IMG/VR virus record: IMGVR_UViG_3300042310_000541
Location: 11,563-75,562 of that record
DNA length: 64,000 nucleotides
Source of the DNA: a virus
Reading direction: 5' to 3' (one strand)
The notes below the pieces were generated by a model. That model saw only the letters and a list, made by a program, of their open reading frames with translations, had not been told where the DNA came from and ran no database searches. Of this stretch, positions 10,617-20,218 are shown in pieces. The first letter of the stretch is position 1; each line of letters begins with the position of its first letter. Both the position numbers and the translations under genes were made by a program.

Positions 10617-10668
10617 AATTTAATTATAACTATTAAAAAACAGCCTTTGAGGCACTAATATCTAAATT

Positions 10669-10851
10669 ATGAAAGAGAATAAAACATCAAATGGAGCAGT
10701 ATTAAGAATATTTACATCAGGATTATTTACAGGATCTCTTATAGAGTACAGTAGAAATAATGACTTTGAATGGCCTATCTTAATAGGCTATGCTATTGCT
10801 TTAGGATTTGGCATAGCTAGTTATATATTCTTGAGAAAAGGATATAAATAA
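10669..10851 (+). CDS. Small membrane protein
   Basis: 60 aa, two hydrophobic segments. Confidence 0.55.
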   Translation: MKENKTSNGAVLRIFTSGLFTGSLIEYSRNNDFEWPILIGYAIALGFGIASYIFLRKGYK

Positions 10852-10859
10852 TAAAAATT

Positions 10860-11075
10860 ATGTTAGAAATTGTAATATATGTTGTATTAGCAATAGTAAT
10901 AATAGCCTTACTTATTAGATATGAATTTAAAAAATTGGAAGCAGAAGTTTTTCAACGCATTAAAAGGCTTGGAATTAAAGCACTTAGTATTATTGGGATT
11001 ATCAATATATTTACTATTGGGAGTGAGCAGTTGCCTGAGAACAACGATAGCTCAGATGAGCAGGAAACAGATTAA
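10860..11075 (+). CDS. Small membrane protein
   Basis: 71 aa, N-terminal TM segment, A-rich start context. Confidence 0.5.
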   Translation: MLEIVIYVVLAIVIIALLIRYEFKKLEAEVFQRIKRLGIKALSIIGIINIFTIGSEQLPENNDSSDEQETD

Positions 11076-11095
11076 AAACACTATAAAATGTAAAA

Positions 11096-11596
11096 ATGGA
11101 AGCACTAGTAATAATAATAATAAGTTGGATACTTTACATAATAATATCAGCTACTAAGGGAATACTAGATGCTTATATTTGGCATTACTGGTTAGAGAGT
11201 TGGTTTAAAAAGATTATGAAGTATCCTAATGCTTTAAAAGATATGCAAAAAGAAGGTAAATACATACACATGATAGGTTCTATTATTGTAGCTTCACCTC
11301 TATTGTTAATACTTATAACATCATTATTAGGTTTAAAACCTTTAGCTGTGTTATTCTTAGGTATTAGTTTATCTTCAATTAACCCTTTATTCCATTTAGG
11401 TTATATGTTTAAGACTAGAAATAAATTAAGTCCTCAGGTTTATCCTAAAGGGTTTAAAGATATTAGTGTAATATCAGATGGTAACACAGACAAATACAAA
11501 AAATTAACTAACAAACTATTCAATACTTATAAAAAAAGAGTTATCTTTGCAATCATTAGTATTATATTCTTAACACTAACAATTATATTTAAATAA
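11096..11596 (+). CDS. Multi-pass membrane protein
   Basis: 166 aa, about four hydrophobic helices. Confidence 0.6.
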   Translation: MEALVIIIISWILYIIISATKGILDAYIWHYWLESWFKKIMKYPNALKDMQKEGKYIHMIGSIIVASPLLLILITSLLGLKPLAVLFLGISLSSINPLFHLGYMFKTRNKLSPQVYPKGFKDISVISDGNTDKYKKLTNKLFNTYKKRVIFAIISIIFLTLTIIFK

Positions 11597-11599
11597 ATT

Positions 11600-11929
11600 A
11601 TGATCCATCATTATCAAGAAGAATTAAATGCATTTGTAGAAAAAGCAGCAGAGTTTTTTGGATTAACATCCGTTGGAATTTATGGGCAATTCATAGTAAT
11701 GCTTGGAACAATTAGTTTCTTACGATTTGGAGAAGCTACTAACTTATTTGTTATACCAAACTATGATTGGTTAACAGTAGCTGGACTTGCTCTAGGAATT
11801 ACAGCTAAATTCTTTACAACTTGTGTAGGAGCAATTGCAACCTTTAAGTTTGTATCACAAGTTTCTAGAAACATAATAAACTACTTTGAAAAGAAGAAAG
11901 ATGCTAACAACTCAACAGATAATAAATAA
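11600..11929 (+). CDS. Holin-like membrane protein
   Basis: 109 aa, two TM segments, charged C-terminus; overlaps the endolysin start. Confidence 0.5.
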   Translation: MIHHYQEELNAFVEKAAEFFGLTSVGIYGQFIVMLGTISFLRFGEATNLFVIPNYDWLTVAGLALGITAKFFTTCVGAIATFKFVSQVSRNIINYFEKKKDANNSTDNK

Positions 11930-12368
11930 ATATGGTAAGCCAACACAAAATGGCTCTCCTTACTTAGTTTCTATAAAGTTACCTTATCCTATGAGATTAG
12001 CTTGGGATAAAAATACTAAAGTAACTACTATGAGATGTCATAAACTAGTAGCTGATAAGTTCTTAGCTGTGTTTAATGATATTTTAAAAGCTTATGGTTA
12101 TGCTAAAATAGTAGAGTTAGGAATTGATTTATTTGGAGGGTGCTTTAACTTTAGAGCTATGAGAGGAGGATCTGATTATTCAACTCACTCTTGGGGAATT
12201 TCCGTTGATCTGGACCCAGAAAGAAATCTTCTACATGAAACTAAAAATACTGCTAGATTTGCTAGACCTGAGTATAAACCAATGATAGAAGCTTTTTATA
12301 AAAATGGATTTATAGGATTAGGACCTGAAAAAAATTATGATTGGATGCACTTTCAAATAAAAGAATAA
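11901..12368 (+). CDS. Endolysin, peptidase M15 family
   Basis: GGCFNFRAMR...STHSWGISVDLD...DWMHFQ zinc-peptidase motifs; ATG at 11901 preferred over TTG at 11886. Confidence 0.88.
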   Translation: MLTTQQIINKYGKPTQNGSPYLVSIKLPYPMRLAWDKNTKVTTMRCHKLVADKFLAVFNDILKAYGYAKIVELGIDLFGGCFNFRAMRGGSDYSTHSWGISVDLDPERNLLHETKNTARFARPEYKPMIEAFYKNGFIGLGPEKNYDWMHFQIKE

Positions 12369-12599
12369 ATGAGATATAAAAACTTAAACACTTACGAGAA
12401 ATTTAAACTCCTTGGATTAATAATTAAAGCTGTTTTTGGTTCAATAGGAGGTGCTGTAATATTAGAACAGAATCATCCTTACTTAGCTTTGCTTATATTA
12501 GCAATAGGAGCAGGGGCCAATGAATGGGTGTCCTTTTTGAAAGATAGAGAAATGACTAACATAACTAATAAAATAGAACATGAAACTACCTTCATATAA
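12369..12599 (+). CDS. Holin-like small membrane protein
   Basis: 76 aa, two TM segments, between endolysin and spanin. Confidence 0.5.
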   Translation: MRYKNLNTYEKFKLLGLIIKAVFGSIGGAVILEQNHPYLALLILAIGAGANEWVSFLKDREMTNITNKIEHETTFI

Positions 12600-13134
12600 A
12601 AGAGTTATAATTGTAATCTATATATTACTAACACTTGTAGCTTTAGGTGCTTGTAATGGCTCTAAAAGAGCTACTAGGAAGTTTGAGAAAGCTGTTAACA
12701 AGTTTGGACAGAAAGAAGCTGCTAACTATGTAATATCTAACTATCCTGAATACTTTAAAACTGTAGCTAAAACAGATACTATTTTTAGTGTAGACACTAT
12801 TTATATTGCTGAGAAAGATGGGGTTATCACAGATCCAATTATATTACATGACACTATTTACATTAAAACTAAAGACTTTAGTGCTAATATAAATAAAACT
12901 ACTGGTAAGGGTACATATAAGATACCTGCTGATACTATTGTAGAGCATGACACAATACCTTTTATTGTTAAAGTTCCTTGTCCTGATTATGATTCATTGA
13001 AGCTTAAGTCAGCACAGGAATCAGAATTAGAAATAAAAAACAGCAAAAGAATATCTATAATATTTATTATTATATCTATTGTTTTACTAGCCTCAGTAGT
13101 GTATGAAAAATACAAGTATATTGATAAGAAATAA
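12580..13134 (+). CDS. Probable unimolecular spanin
   Basis: Signal peptide with lipobox LGAC plus a C-terminal TM segment (ISIIFIIISIVLLASVVY); beta-rich middle; in the lysis cassette. Confidence 0.7.
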   Translation: MKLPSYKRVIIVIYILLTLVALGACNGSKRATRKFEKAVNKFGQKEAANYVISNYPEYFKTVAKTDTIFSVDTIYIAEKDGVITDPIILHDTIYIKTKDFSANINKTTGKGTYKIPADTIVEHDTIPFIVKVPCPDYDSLKLKSAQESELEIKNSKRISIIFIIISIVLLASVVYEKYKYIDKK

Positions 13135-13171
13135 TACAAGCCTAATTTAGCAAGTTATATTTACAATAAAA

Positions 13172-13203
13172 TTTGCTAAATCAAATTAATTAATTTAATT
13201 TTG
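13172..13203 (+). promoter_or_regulatory. Bacteroidetes primary-sigma promoter
   Basis: TTTG (13172-75), 20-nt spacer, TAATTTTG (13196-203): exact -33/-7 (TAnnTTTG) consensus in an intergenic gap. Confidence 0.7.
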
Positions 13204-13207
13204 CATA

Positions 13208-13897
13208 ATGAATATAACTCCAACTCTTAATCAGTTAGCTTTTAACTTATTAAATATTATAAGAAATAAGAGTACATCTCAAGATCCAATATCACTAAGA
13301 CAGATAAAATTCAATATCTTAGCTGGTAGGTCTTTGCTGATAAGACAAAATTCAAATAAAAATTACTCTACAGACAGTGACATAATTCAAACATTAAAAT
13401 GTGTTACAGTTAAATTAGTTGATTCTTCTGAGTGCCCTGGAATAACAACAGGCTTTAAATTATTAAGAACAGTTGACAAGATTCCATCTATAATTGAAAA
13501 CTATAGTGGTAAGTTAATAACAAGAGTTGGCCCAGTTGGAATTAACTTAAAACCATTTTCAGTAATACCTTATGCCAGAGTTCCTTACTTTGGGCTCAAT
13601 AAATTTACATCAAAACAAATTGGATGCTTTTTTCATAATGGATATATTTATTTAATTGGAGATGATATAACTAGGTTAAAGAAAATAAACATTCAAGCTG
13701 TGTTTGAAAATCCTGAAGATGTAGCTGAGTTTACTGATTGTGAAACAGGTGAAAAATGCTATTCAGATGATTTAAGCTTTCCTATTAAATACTCAATGGT
13801 TCCAATTTTAACTCAAATGGTTATTGAGAAATATCTTGGATTGCAATCTAAAGCTTTGGAAGACAAATCAAATGATGGAAAAACAGACTTTAAGTAA
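13208..13897 (+). CDS. Tail ring/structural protein (crAss-like)
   Basis: 229 aa; NGYIYL...INIQAVFENPEDV...FPI motif; precedes the IHF-like and tail tubular genes. Confidence 0.6.
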   Translation: MNITPTLNQLAFNLLNIIRNKSTSQDPISLRQIKFNILAGRSLLIRQNSNKNYSTDSDIIQTLKCVTVKLVDSSECPGITTGFKLLRTVDKIPSIIENYSGKLITRVGPVGINLKPFSVIPYARVPYFGLNKFTSKQIGCFFHNGYIYLIGDDITRLKKINIQAVFENPEDVAEFTDCETGEKCYSDDLSFPIKYSMVPILTQMVIEKYLGLQSKALEDKSNDGKTDFK

Positions 13898-14418
13898 TGG
13901 AGCAGATTAAAAGAAGCAAAGGTAAATTTAAGGCTGATTATAAAACAAATGATTTGTTTAAATTTTACAAAAGCAGAATAGAAAAAGGCAGTATTTATGA
14001 TCAAAATAAAACTGTGTTTACAAAAATAATAAGTGAGTACAATGATAAGATATACAGAGAGCATATTATAATAAATGCTTATGAGTATAGACTTGCAGGA
14101 AGACTTGGAAAAATAAGTATAAAGCAATTTAAAAGAAAGCTTAAATTAAATGATCAAAATAAATTAGTTTCAAAATTATCTTGTGACTACAAAAAAACAA
14201 AAGAGCTTTGGGCCAGTAATGAAGAAGCTAAAAAAAATAAAAAGTTAGTTTATCATACAAATGAGCACACTGATGGTTATGAGTTTAGATGCCATTGGAA
14301 TAAAAAAACAAGCAATGTTCCTTGTAATAAATTCTATCAGTTTATACCTGTTAGAACTAATAAAAGGTTTATAGGAAAATGTTTTAGTGAAGGTTTAAAA
14401 CTTAAATTCTACGAATAA
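13897..14418 (+). CDS. IHF/HU-like basic DNA-binding protein
   Basis: 173 aa, Lys-rich; YRLAGRLGKISI and VYHTNEHTDGY motifs typical of the crAss-like IHF gene; expected position. Confidence 0.65.
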   Translation: MEQIKRSKGKFKADYKTNDLFKFYKSRIEKGSIYDQNKTVFTKIISEYNDKIYREHIIINAYEYRLAGRLGKISIKQFKRKLKLNDQNKLVSKLSCDYKKTKELWASNEEAKKNKKLVYHTNEHTDGYEFRCHWNKKTSNVPCNKFYQFIPVRTNKRFIGKCFSEGLKLKFYE

Positions 14419-15317
14419 TGTTTACAGATAAATACATATCAGTTTTCTCAATTATAGCTAATTTAGTAAGAGATGGAAACTATGAGCAATCAGACTTAAT
14501 TGAAAATGACTTGATAGAGTGGGCAGCAGATTGCCTTGATCTTGTTGGAGTTCCAGGACAATACATTGATAAAGTAACTTGCCTTACTGGTGAAAGAGGA
14601 AGATTTAAACTTCCAATTGATTACCATCAAAGAGTTCAGGTTTCTGGATTATTTAATAATTCAATGCAGTTCCCAATGAGGGAAAATACTGGTTCATTTC
14701 ATGGAATGATAAGATCATGTGGATGCATTGAAAATTGTGGTTGCACAAATACTACTAGTGCAGTTAATTATGAAATGCCAATAAGTGAAGATGAAAATGG
14801 AAATCCTGTATTTAATTTTTCAAACAGTTTTAATGTAGGATTTAATAAAAATATATTTATTGGAAATGTAGGCAATGTAATGCCAAATGATCCAACTTAT
14901 AAAATAAACGACAATTTTATTATAACTAATCTTGATAATACAGATTGTAAGTTATTGTTAAATTACAAAGCTTTCCCAATTGATGATTGTGGCTATCCAA
15001 TGATACCAGATAATATTAGCTACAAGTTAGCAGTGCAATGGTACATAGCAGAAAAACTAGATAGAAAATTATGGAGATCTGGAAGACTTGCAAAAGATGT
15101 TTGGTTAGAAAGTGAAAAAAACTCATTGTGGTATATAGGAAAAGCAAACTCTGCTGGACTTCAACCATCATTAGATAAGTTAGAAAGCTGGAAAAATCAA
15201 ACTCTACAATTGCTTCCAAGTATAAATAGGCATTCAGAGTTTTTCCAAAGAATGGGACAACAACAAACATTAAGACTAGGACAAAGACCAAATGTAAATA
15301 GAAATTACTACTTATAA
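14418..15317 (+). CDS. Tail tubular/ring protein (P22 gp4-like)
   Basis: 299 aa; LPIDY, Y.AFPIDD.GYPMIPD...YK.AV.WYI motif; precedes the tail stabilisation gene. Confidence 0.7.
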   Translation: MFTDKYISVFSIIANLVRDGNYEQSDLIENDLIEWAADCLDLVGVPGQYIDKVTCLTGERGRFKLPIDYHQRVQVSGLFNNSMQFPMRENTGSFHGMIRSCGCIENCGCTNTTSAVNYEMPISEDENGNPVFNFSNSFNVGFNKNIFIGNVGNVMPNDPTYKINDNFIITNLDNTDCKLLLNYKAFPIDDCGYPMIPDNISYKLAVQWYIAEKLDRKLWRSGRLAKDVWLESEKNSLWYIGKANSAGLQPSLDKLESWKNQTLQLLPSINRHSEFFQRMGQQQTLRLGQRPNVNRNYYL

Positions 15318-18300
15318 TGAATCAAACTATAAATACATTCACTGCTGGTATAAATCAGGATTTAGCTAAGTCTCTATATAAAGAAGGTAATTACCTAGAT
15401 GCTAGCAATATTACTTTACTTACAGACTCTGGATTAAGTACTGCTGTTGTTCAAAATAAAAAAGGAAATAAACTGCAAGTTAAATTTCCATTAACTATTC
15501 CAGCTTCTAATTATGAAGCAAGTGGGGAGTATCCAGTTTCAATACCTGCTCAAGACAATTTGATTGTTATTGGAGGATCTGTTATTATAGATAGTTCAGG
15601 AATAGAAACTTTAATATTTTTTACTAAAAGCAGAACCACTTCAAACTCAAGTTATGAAGGATATGGTCAAATATGGAAATGTAATTTCTTAGGGACAACT
15701 GATGATATATCAGGTACTATTAATGGCTACCAGTTAAGCGTTAATTTTCACATGATTTACAATAGATTTTTAAATTTTAAATTTGTTACTAAATTAAAAG
15801 TAATTAGTAAATTTGAAAATAGTAATATAGCTAGAGTTTATTGGAGAGATAGTTTTAATCCATTAAGATCTTTTAATACAATAGGGCCTAACAATGCTTT
15901 ACTTGAAACACCAGTAAGAACTTTGCCTATTGTTTCTGGAGTTAATTTAGATGCTCCAGTTATAAGCAGACTAATTAAAGGAAGTTTACCTGAAGGTAAA
16001 TATCAATTAGCTTATAGATTATTAAGTAAATACGGTGATTTAACTAACTTTAGTACTTGCAGTAATTTAATAGATGTTATTGAAGGAGATGAGTTTAATA
16101 GTGTATTTGGATACCCAGCAGGAGATACATTGACATTTACAAATGATGGACAAGCCAAACAAGATACTAAAGAATTTATAGATTCAGGGAAAGGTATTGA
16201 GTATTACTTAGCAAAAGTAGATAAAGATTATGATTTAATTCAGTATGCTTTAATTCATTATAGTCAACCAAATATACCTGAAATATATGTTTATCCTTAC
16301 AAAGAAGTATCCTTGCATGTAAAGCAATATGAAAGCTTTACTGATTTGTTTACAGATACTTATATATTAAATTTAGATGAGTTTAATGTAATGTATTCAC
16401 CATTTGAAACAGCTGAAGCAATAGCTGTTAAGGATAATATTTTATATGCAGCAAATACTAAAAATGAGATGTTTAAAGTAAATGCTGACTTTAGAGCTTA
16501 TAGATATGACTCTGGAGGATATGCTATTACATATGAATTGGATGGAACTGCTAATACTTTTACTACTAATTACCCTAATGACAATTTATTAGATGTTATA
16601 AATTCTTATAATGATGAAAGCGGTAAAATCTTTGGATTAAATCCTGGAGGAAATCCGTCAACCTGGTATAATAGTCATCAGTTTAAATACAAACAAGATG
16701 GTGTTACATTAGGAGGTCAAGGTCCTAATATAAGTTATACTTTTGCAGCTACTCCAATATTAGTTGATGTAGGAATAGGATTAGCTGTTAACTCTGCCCC
16801 ATTAATAAAGACAAAAGTTGATAACAACAATGTGCTACAAAGTGTACCTTACCATATTACTAATAACAATGGAAGTTTTAGTTCATTAAAATCTCCTTAT
16901 AAAGCTAGCTGTCAAGTATCTTGGCAAAGAGGTGAAGTTTATAGATTTGGTATAGTATTTATAAATACAAAAGGACAAACTTCTTATGTAAATTGGATAG
17001 GTGATATTAAAATGCCTGACTTTAATGAAAGTAACCGTGATTTTTCTTTGTTATCAGCTAACAGTGATGGTAATTTATATATGTATTCAACTTATATAAA
17101 CTTTGATGTTACAGTTCCTGAAGGATTAGGAGAAGATATAAGTGGATTTAGAATAGTTTATGTTGAAAGAAGAGATAATGATAAGACTAGATTTGGAACT
17201 GCAATAACTGGCGGGTTAAATAATTTTGATAGACCAGGATTAGCAGGAGAAGCAAGAGAAATAGTTTCTTCAATTGTAGCTACAGTTATTTGCTACAAAA
17301 TAGCTAGGTATATAGATGATATAGATGGAGCTGCTGATTTATTTAAGATTAAAGAAGGCCTTAGAAACAAAATTATAACAACTGTTGCTGCTGCTTTAGC
17401 TCAAAAATTACAAATTTTGCCTGATGCTGCTTTTCAAAGAGTAGTTAGTTCTGAAGATATAGCTGATTTTGTAGATAATGTTTTAGATGGAGCTGTTAAT
17501 ACTGATGGAGGTCTGGGGGTATTTGGATCTTTAGTAAAAACTATTCTTCCAAAAACAATTGAAAGAATTAAAGAATCTGTTAAAGAAGATTTAAGAAGTG
17601 TTTTAGCTGCAAAAGTAGCTGGAATACATCCAAATGTTTTAAGCTTAGGTCAAATAGGTTTTGCTTATTCAGGCTTTCCAAGCTCTACAGGAGGATTTGG
17701 AATTTTAGGTTATACTATTTCACCAGAAATAGATTTTGATAAATATACTTTTAAACAAGGAGATTATTTAAAACCTATTAATAAATTTGGTCAAGATCAA
17801 AAAATAATACATGAGTTACATAGAGATAACACTGTGGGTCTTTATAATATATTAGATAGTTCAGCTTATTTAAAAAAATGGTATAAAGGAGCTATTATTC
17901 CTTGGAATCAAGTAGCTGATAGTGACTCAAGAAGAATCTATATAAAAAATCAAAAAGTATTAATTCCTGGAGAATTGTTAGGAACAGGATTTGAGGACGT
18001 ATTTACTAATGGTATTGGAGGTTCTGGAGAATTAGATTATGTTTTATCAAATAGTTACATAGCGACTATTCCTCAAGCTGATAATTTAGGACGCATATTT
18101 AATAGTGCTTCTTTAATAGCTACTGACATAGCAATAGCTGTAAAACATGGCTTTGAAAACGCTAATAATTCTGTGTTTCAATTTTCTACTGCTGTGAATT
18201 TTCTAAATAAAGTATTAAGGCCTCATAGCGTTTTAGGGATTGGAGATAAAAAACAATTTATAGCAGCAACATGCTCCTTTAGCGAAGATGGTAGTTCTGG

Positions 18301-20215
18301 AATTCCTCGTGATTCGTGGGGTGATCCTTTAGACACCAGTTGGCTGGATTATGAATCTCATTTAGAGGGACTAAAAGACGAACTATTAAATGATGCTCGA
18401 GAATCTATTAGATTGGTAGATTATATAGGTGATTATACAGTAAGTTACAATAGACCTATTAGTATTAATCAATATGGTGGAATAGGATTTTCAAGCAGAG
18501 CTAATAATGAGTATATTCCAGCAAGTGAATTTAGAGCTGTTACTGATAAATCAACAGCAGCTAGAACTTATTCAATCAAAGCAAATTTAGGAGATACTTA
18601 TCTAGGTGTTTATGATGCTGTTAATTACTGTTACTACTATAATGCAGTTAAACCAAATGGTTATCAACCTCCTATAAGAAGTAAAAAAGGACTGTATGAA
18701 ATATTTCCTTGTGAATCTAGTTTTAATTTTAATCTTAGAGAAGGTGAGCATCCAATCACTAGTTTATCATTAGATGATTTAAAGGAAAATTCTGAATTTA
18801 AAACCGATAGTCTAAGTAATCCAGATCAAAGTAAGTTATTTAAATTTGTTAAGAAAACAACTAAAGCTATTAAAAGAACTGAGGGTGTTGGAGTTGCTGG
18901 AGCAATTGGTGTTGGCGCAGTTATTGTAGGAGGAGCAGCATTAGCCCCAATTGCAATAGGAGCTTATATACTTTACAAAAGAAGAAATGCAGCTAAAAAA
19001 ATAGCTAAAGTTGCTGATACAGGTCAAACTGTTTTAACAACAGAAAGATTTTTATTATCTGAATTTAAATACAATGATGTATTCCATCAAAAATATAATA
19101 TAAATAGATTTTTTCCCCCAAGCTTATTCTTTGATAATGAAGTAGATGAATATTCAAATAGGATTTGGAATTCTAAATTAAAGATAGATGGAGAAATTAT
19201 TGATAGCTGGAGAGATTTTCAATTTGTAGATTATCTTGATGTAGAAGGGACTCAAGGTCCTATTACAGAATTAATTGTTAATAAAAATAAATTATTATTT
19301 TATCAACAAAATGGAATTGGAGTAGCTAGCAGTAATGAAAGAGGGGCTGTGCAAGGAGAAAGTGGTAATATTGTTTTATCTAATAATAAAATATTATTAA
19401 GATATGATTATATAACCAAAGAAACAGGTACAGCTTTTCAAGAGGGCATAGTAAATACAAATAGCAATGTTTATCATTATGATAGTAATATTAATAAAAT
19501 TTTTAAGTTAGGAGAAGGATTAGAATGTATTTCAGACAACTTAGGTTTATTTAGTAAGTTTCAAACTATAACTAACAACATTAATAAAAATCCTAAAGGT
19601 GCTATTGGTATATATGATGTAAATTATCAAACAGTTTACTTTACATTTAAAGATTTTCAAAATTCTAATAATGATTTTACATTGGGGTTCAATGAAAAGC
19701 TTGGAGTTTTTGAAAGCTTTTATAGTTTTAAACCTGATATATATTTAAACTTAAATCAAAGAGTATTTAGCAGCTTAGGCAATGATGAATGCTACTGGCA
19801 TAATAAAGGTGATTATGGAAGTTTCTATGGTACTTACTATCCAAGTTCTGTTAAGTTCTTAACTAATGAAAATCCTACTTATACTAAAGTATGGGATAAT
19901 CAACAGTTTCAAACTGAGGTATATGATACTAATGGAGTCCTACTTAACTTAGATACAATAGATACAATACAACACACAACAGAAAACCAAGATGCAGGTT
20001 TAATAACTCTTGTACCTCAAACTAATATTAACAAAGTAGAAAGGGATTGGAAATTACAAATACAAAGAGATTTAGCTAATGCTACTTACTCTACTTTATC
20101 TAAACCTAGATTAAGAGATTTGTATTTACAAACTGAATTAACTTTTACAAATGAAGATAATAAGAGATTTATATTGCATCCAATAACAACATTTTATAGA
20201 CAATCAATACATTAA
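15317..20215 (+). CDS. Tail stabilisation / muzzle protein (P22 gp10-like)
   Basis: 1632 aa; NTF..GINQD, GKYQLAYRL, RGEVYRFGIVF, RIWNSKLKIDGE.IDSW, FESFYSF.P, RLRD.Y motifs. Confidence 0.75.
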   Translation: MNQTINTFTAGINQDLAKSLYKEGNYLDASNITLLTDSGLSTAVVQNKKGNKLQVKFPLTIPASNYEASGEYPVSIPAQDNLIVIGGSVIIDSSGIETLIFFTKSRTTSNSSYEGYGQIWKCNFLGTTDDISGTINGYQLSVNFHMIYNRFLNFKFVTKLKVISKFENSNIARVYWRDSFNPLRSFNTIGPNNALLETPVRTLPIVSGVNLDAPVISRLIKGSLPEGKYQLAYRLLSKYGDLTNFSTCSNLIDVIEGDEFNSVFGYPAGDTLTFTNDGQAKQDTKEFIDSGKGIEYYLAKVDKDYDLIQYALIHYSQPNIPEIYVYPYKEVSLHVKQYESFTDLFTDTYILNLDEFNVMYSPFETAEAIAVKDNILYAANTKNEMFKVNADFRAYRYDSGGYAITYELDGTANTFTTNYPNDNLLDVINSYNDESGKIFGLNPGGNPSTWYNSHQFKYKQDGVTLGGQGPNISYTFAATPILVDVGIGLAVNSAPLIKTKVDNNNVLQSVPYHITNNNGSFSSLKSPYKASCQVSWQRGEVYRFGIVFINTKGQTSYVNWIGDIKMPDFNESNRDFSLLSANSDGNLYMYSTYINFDVTVPEGLGEDISGFRIVYVERRDNDKTRFGTAITGGLNNFDRPGLAGEAREIVSSIVATVICYKIARYIDDIDGAADLFKIKEGLRNKIITTVAAALAQKLQILPDAAFQRVVSSEDIADFVDNVLDGAVNTDGGLGVFGSLVKTILPKTIERIKESVKEDLRSVLAAKVAGIHPNVLSLGQIGFAYSGFPSSTGGFGILGYTISPEIDFDKYTFKQGDYLKPINKFGQDQKIIHELHRDNTVGLYNILDSSAYLKKWYKGAIIPWNQVADSDSRRIYIKNQKVLIPGELLGTGFEDVFTNGIGGSGELDYVLSNSYIATIPQADNLGRIFNSASLIATDIAIAVKHGFENANNSVFQFSTAVNFLNKVLRPHSVLGIGDKKQFIAATCSFSEDGSSGIPRDSWGDPLDTSWLDYESHLEGLKDELLNDARESIRLVDYIGDYTVSYNRPISINQYGGIGFSSRANNEYIPASEFRAVTDKSTAARTYSIKANLGDTYLGVYDAVNYCYYYNAVKPNGYQPPIRSKKGLYEIFPCESSFNFNLREGEHPITSLSLDDLKENSEFKTDSLSNPDQSKLFKFVKKTTKAIKRTEGVGVAGAIGVGAVIVGGAALAPIAIGAYILYKRRNAAKKIAKVADTGQTVLTTERFLLSEFKYNDVFHQKYNINRFFPPSLFFDNEVDEYSNRIWNSKLKIDGEIIDSWRDFQFVDYLDVEGTQGPITELIVNKNKLLFYQQNGIGVASSNERGAVQGESGNIVLSNNKILLRYDYITKETGTAFQEGIVNTNSNVYHYDSNINKIFKLGEGLECISDNLGLFSKFQTITNNINKNPKGAIGIYDVNYQTVYFTFKDFQNSNNDFTLGFNEKLGVFESFYSFKPDIYLNLNQRVFSSLGNDECYWHNKGDYGSFYGTYYPSSVKFLTNENPTYTKVWDNQQFQTEVYDTNGVLLNLDTIDTIQHTTENQDAGLITLVPQTNINKVERDWKLQIQRDLANATYSTLSKPRLRDLYLQTELTFTNEDNKRFILHPITTFYRQSIH

Positions 20216-20218
20216 GAT

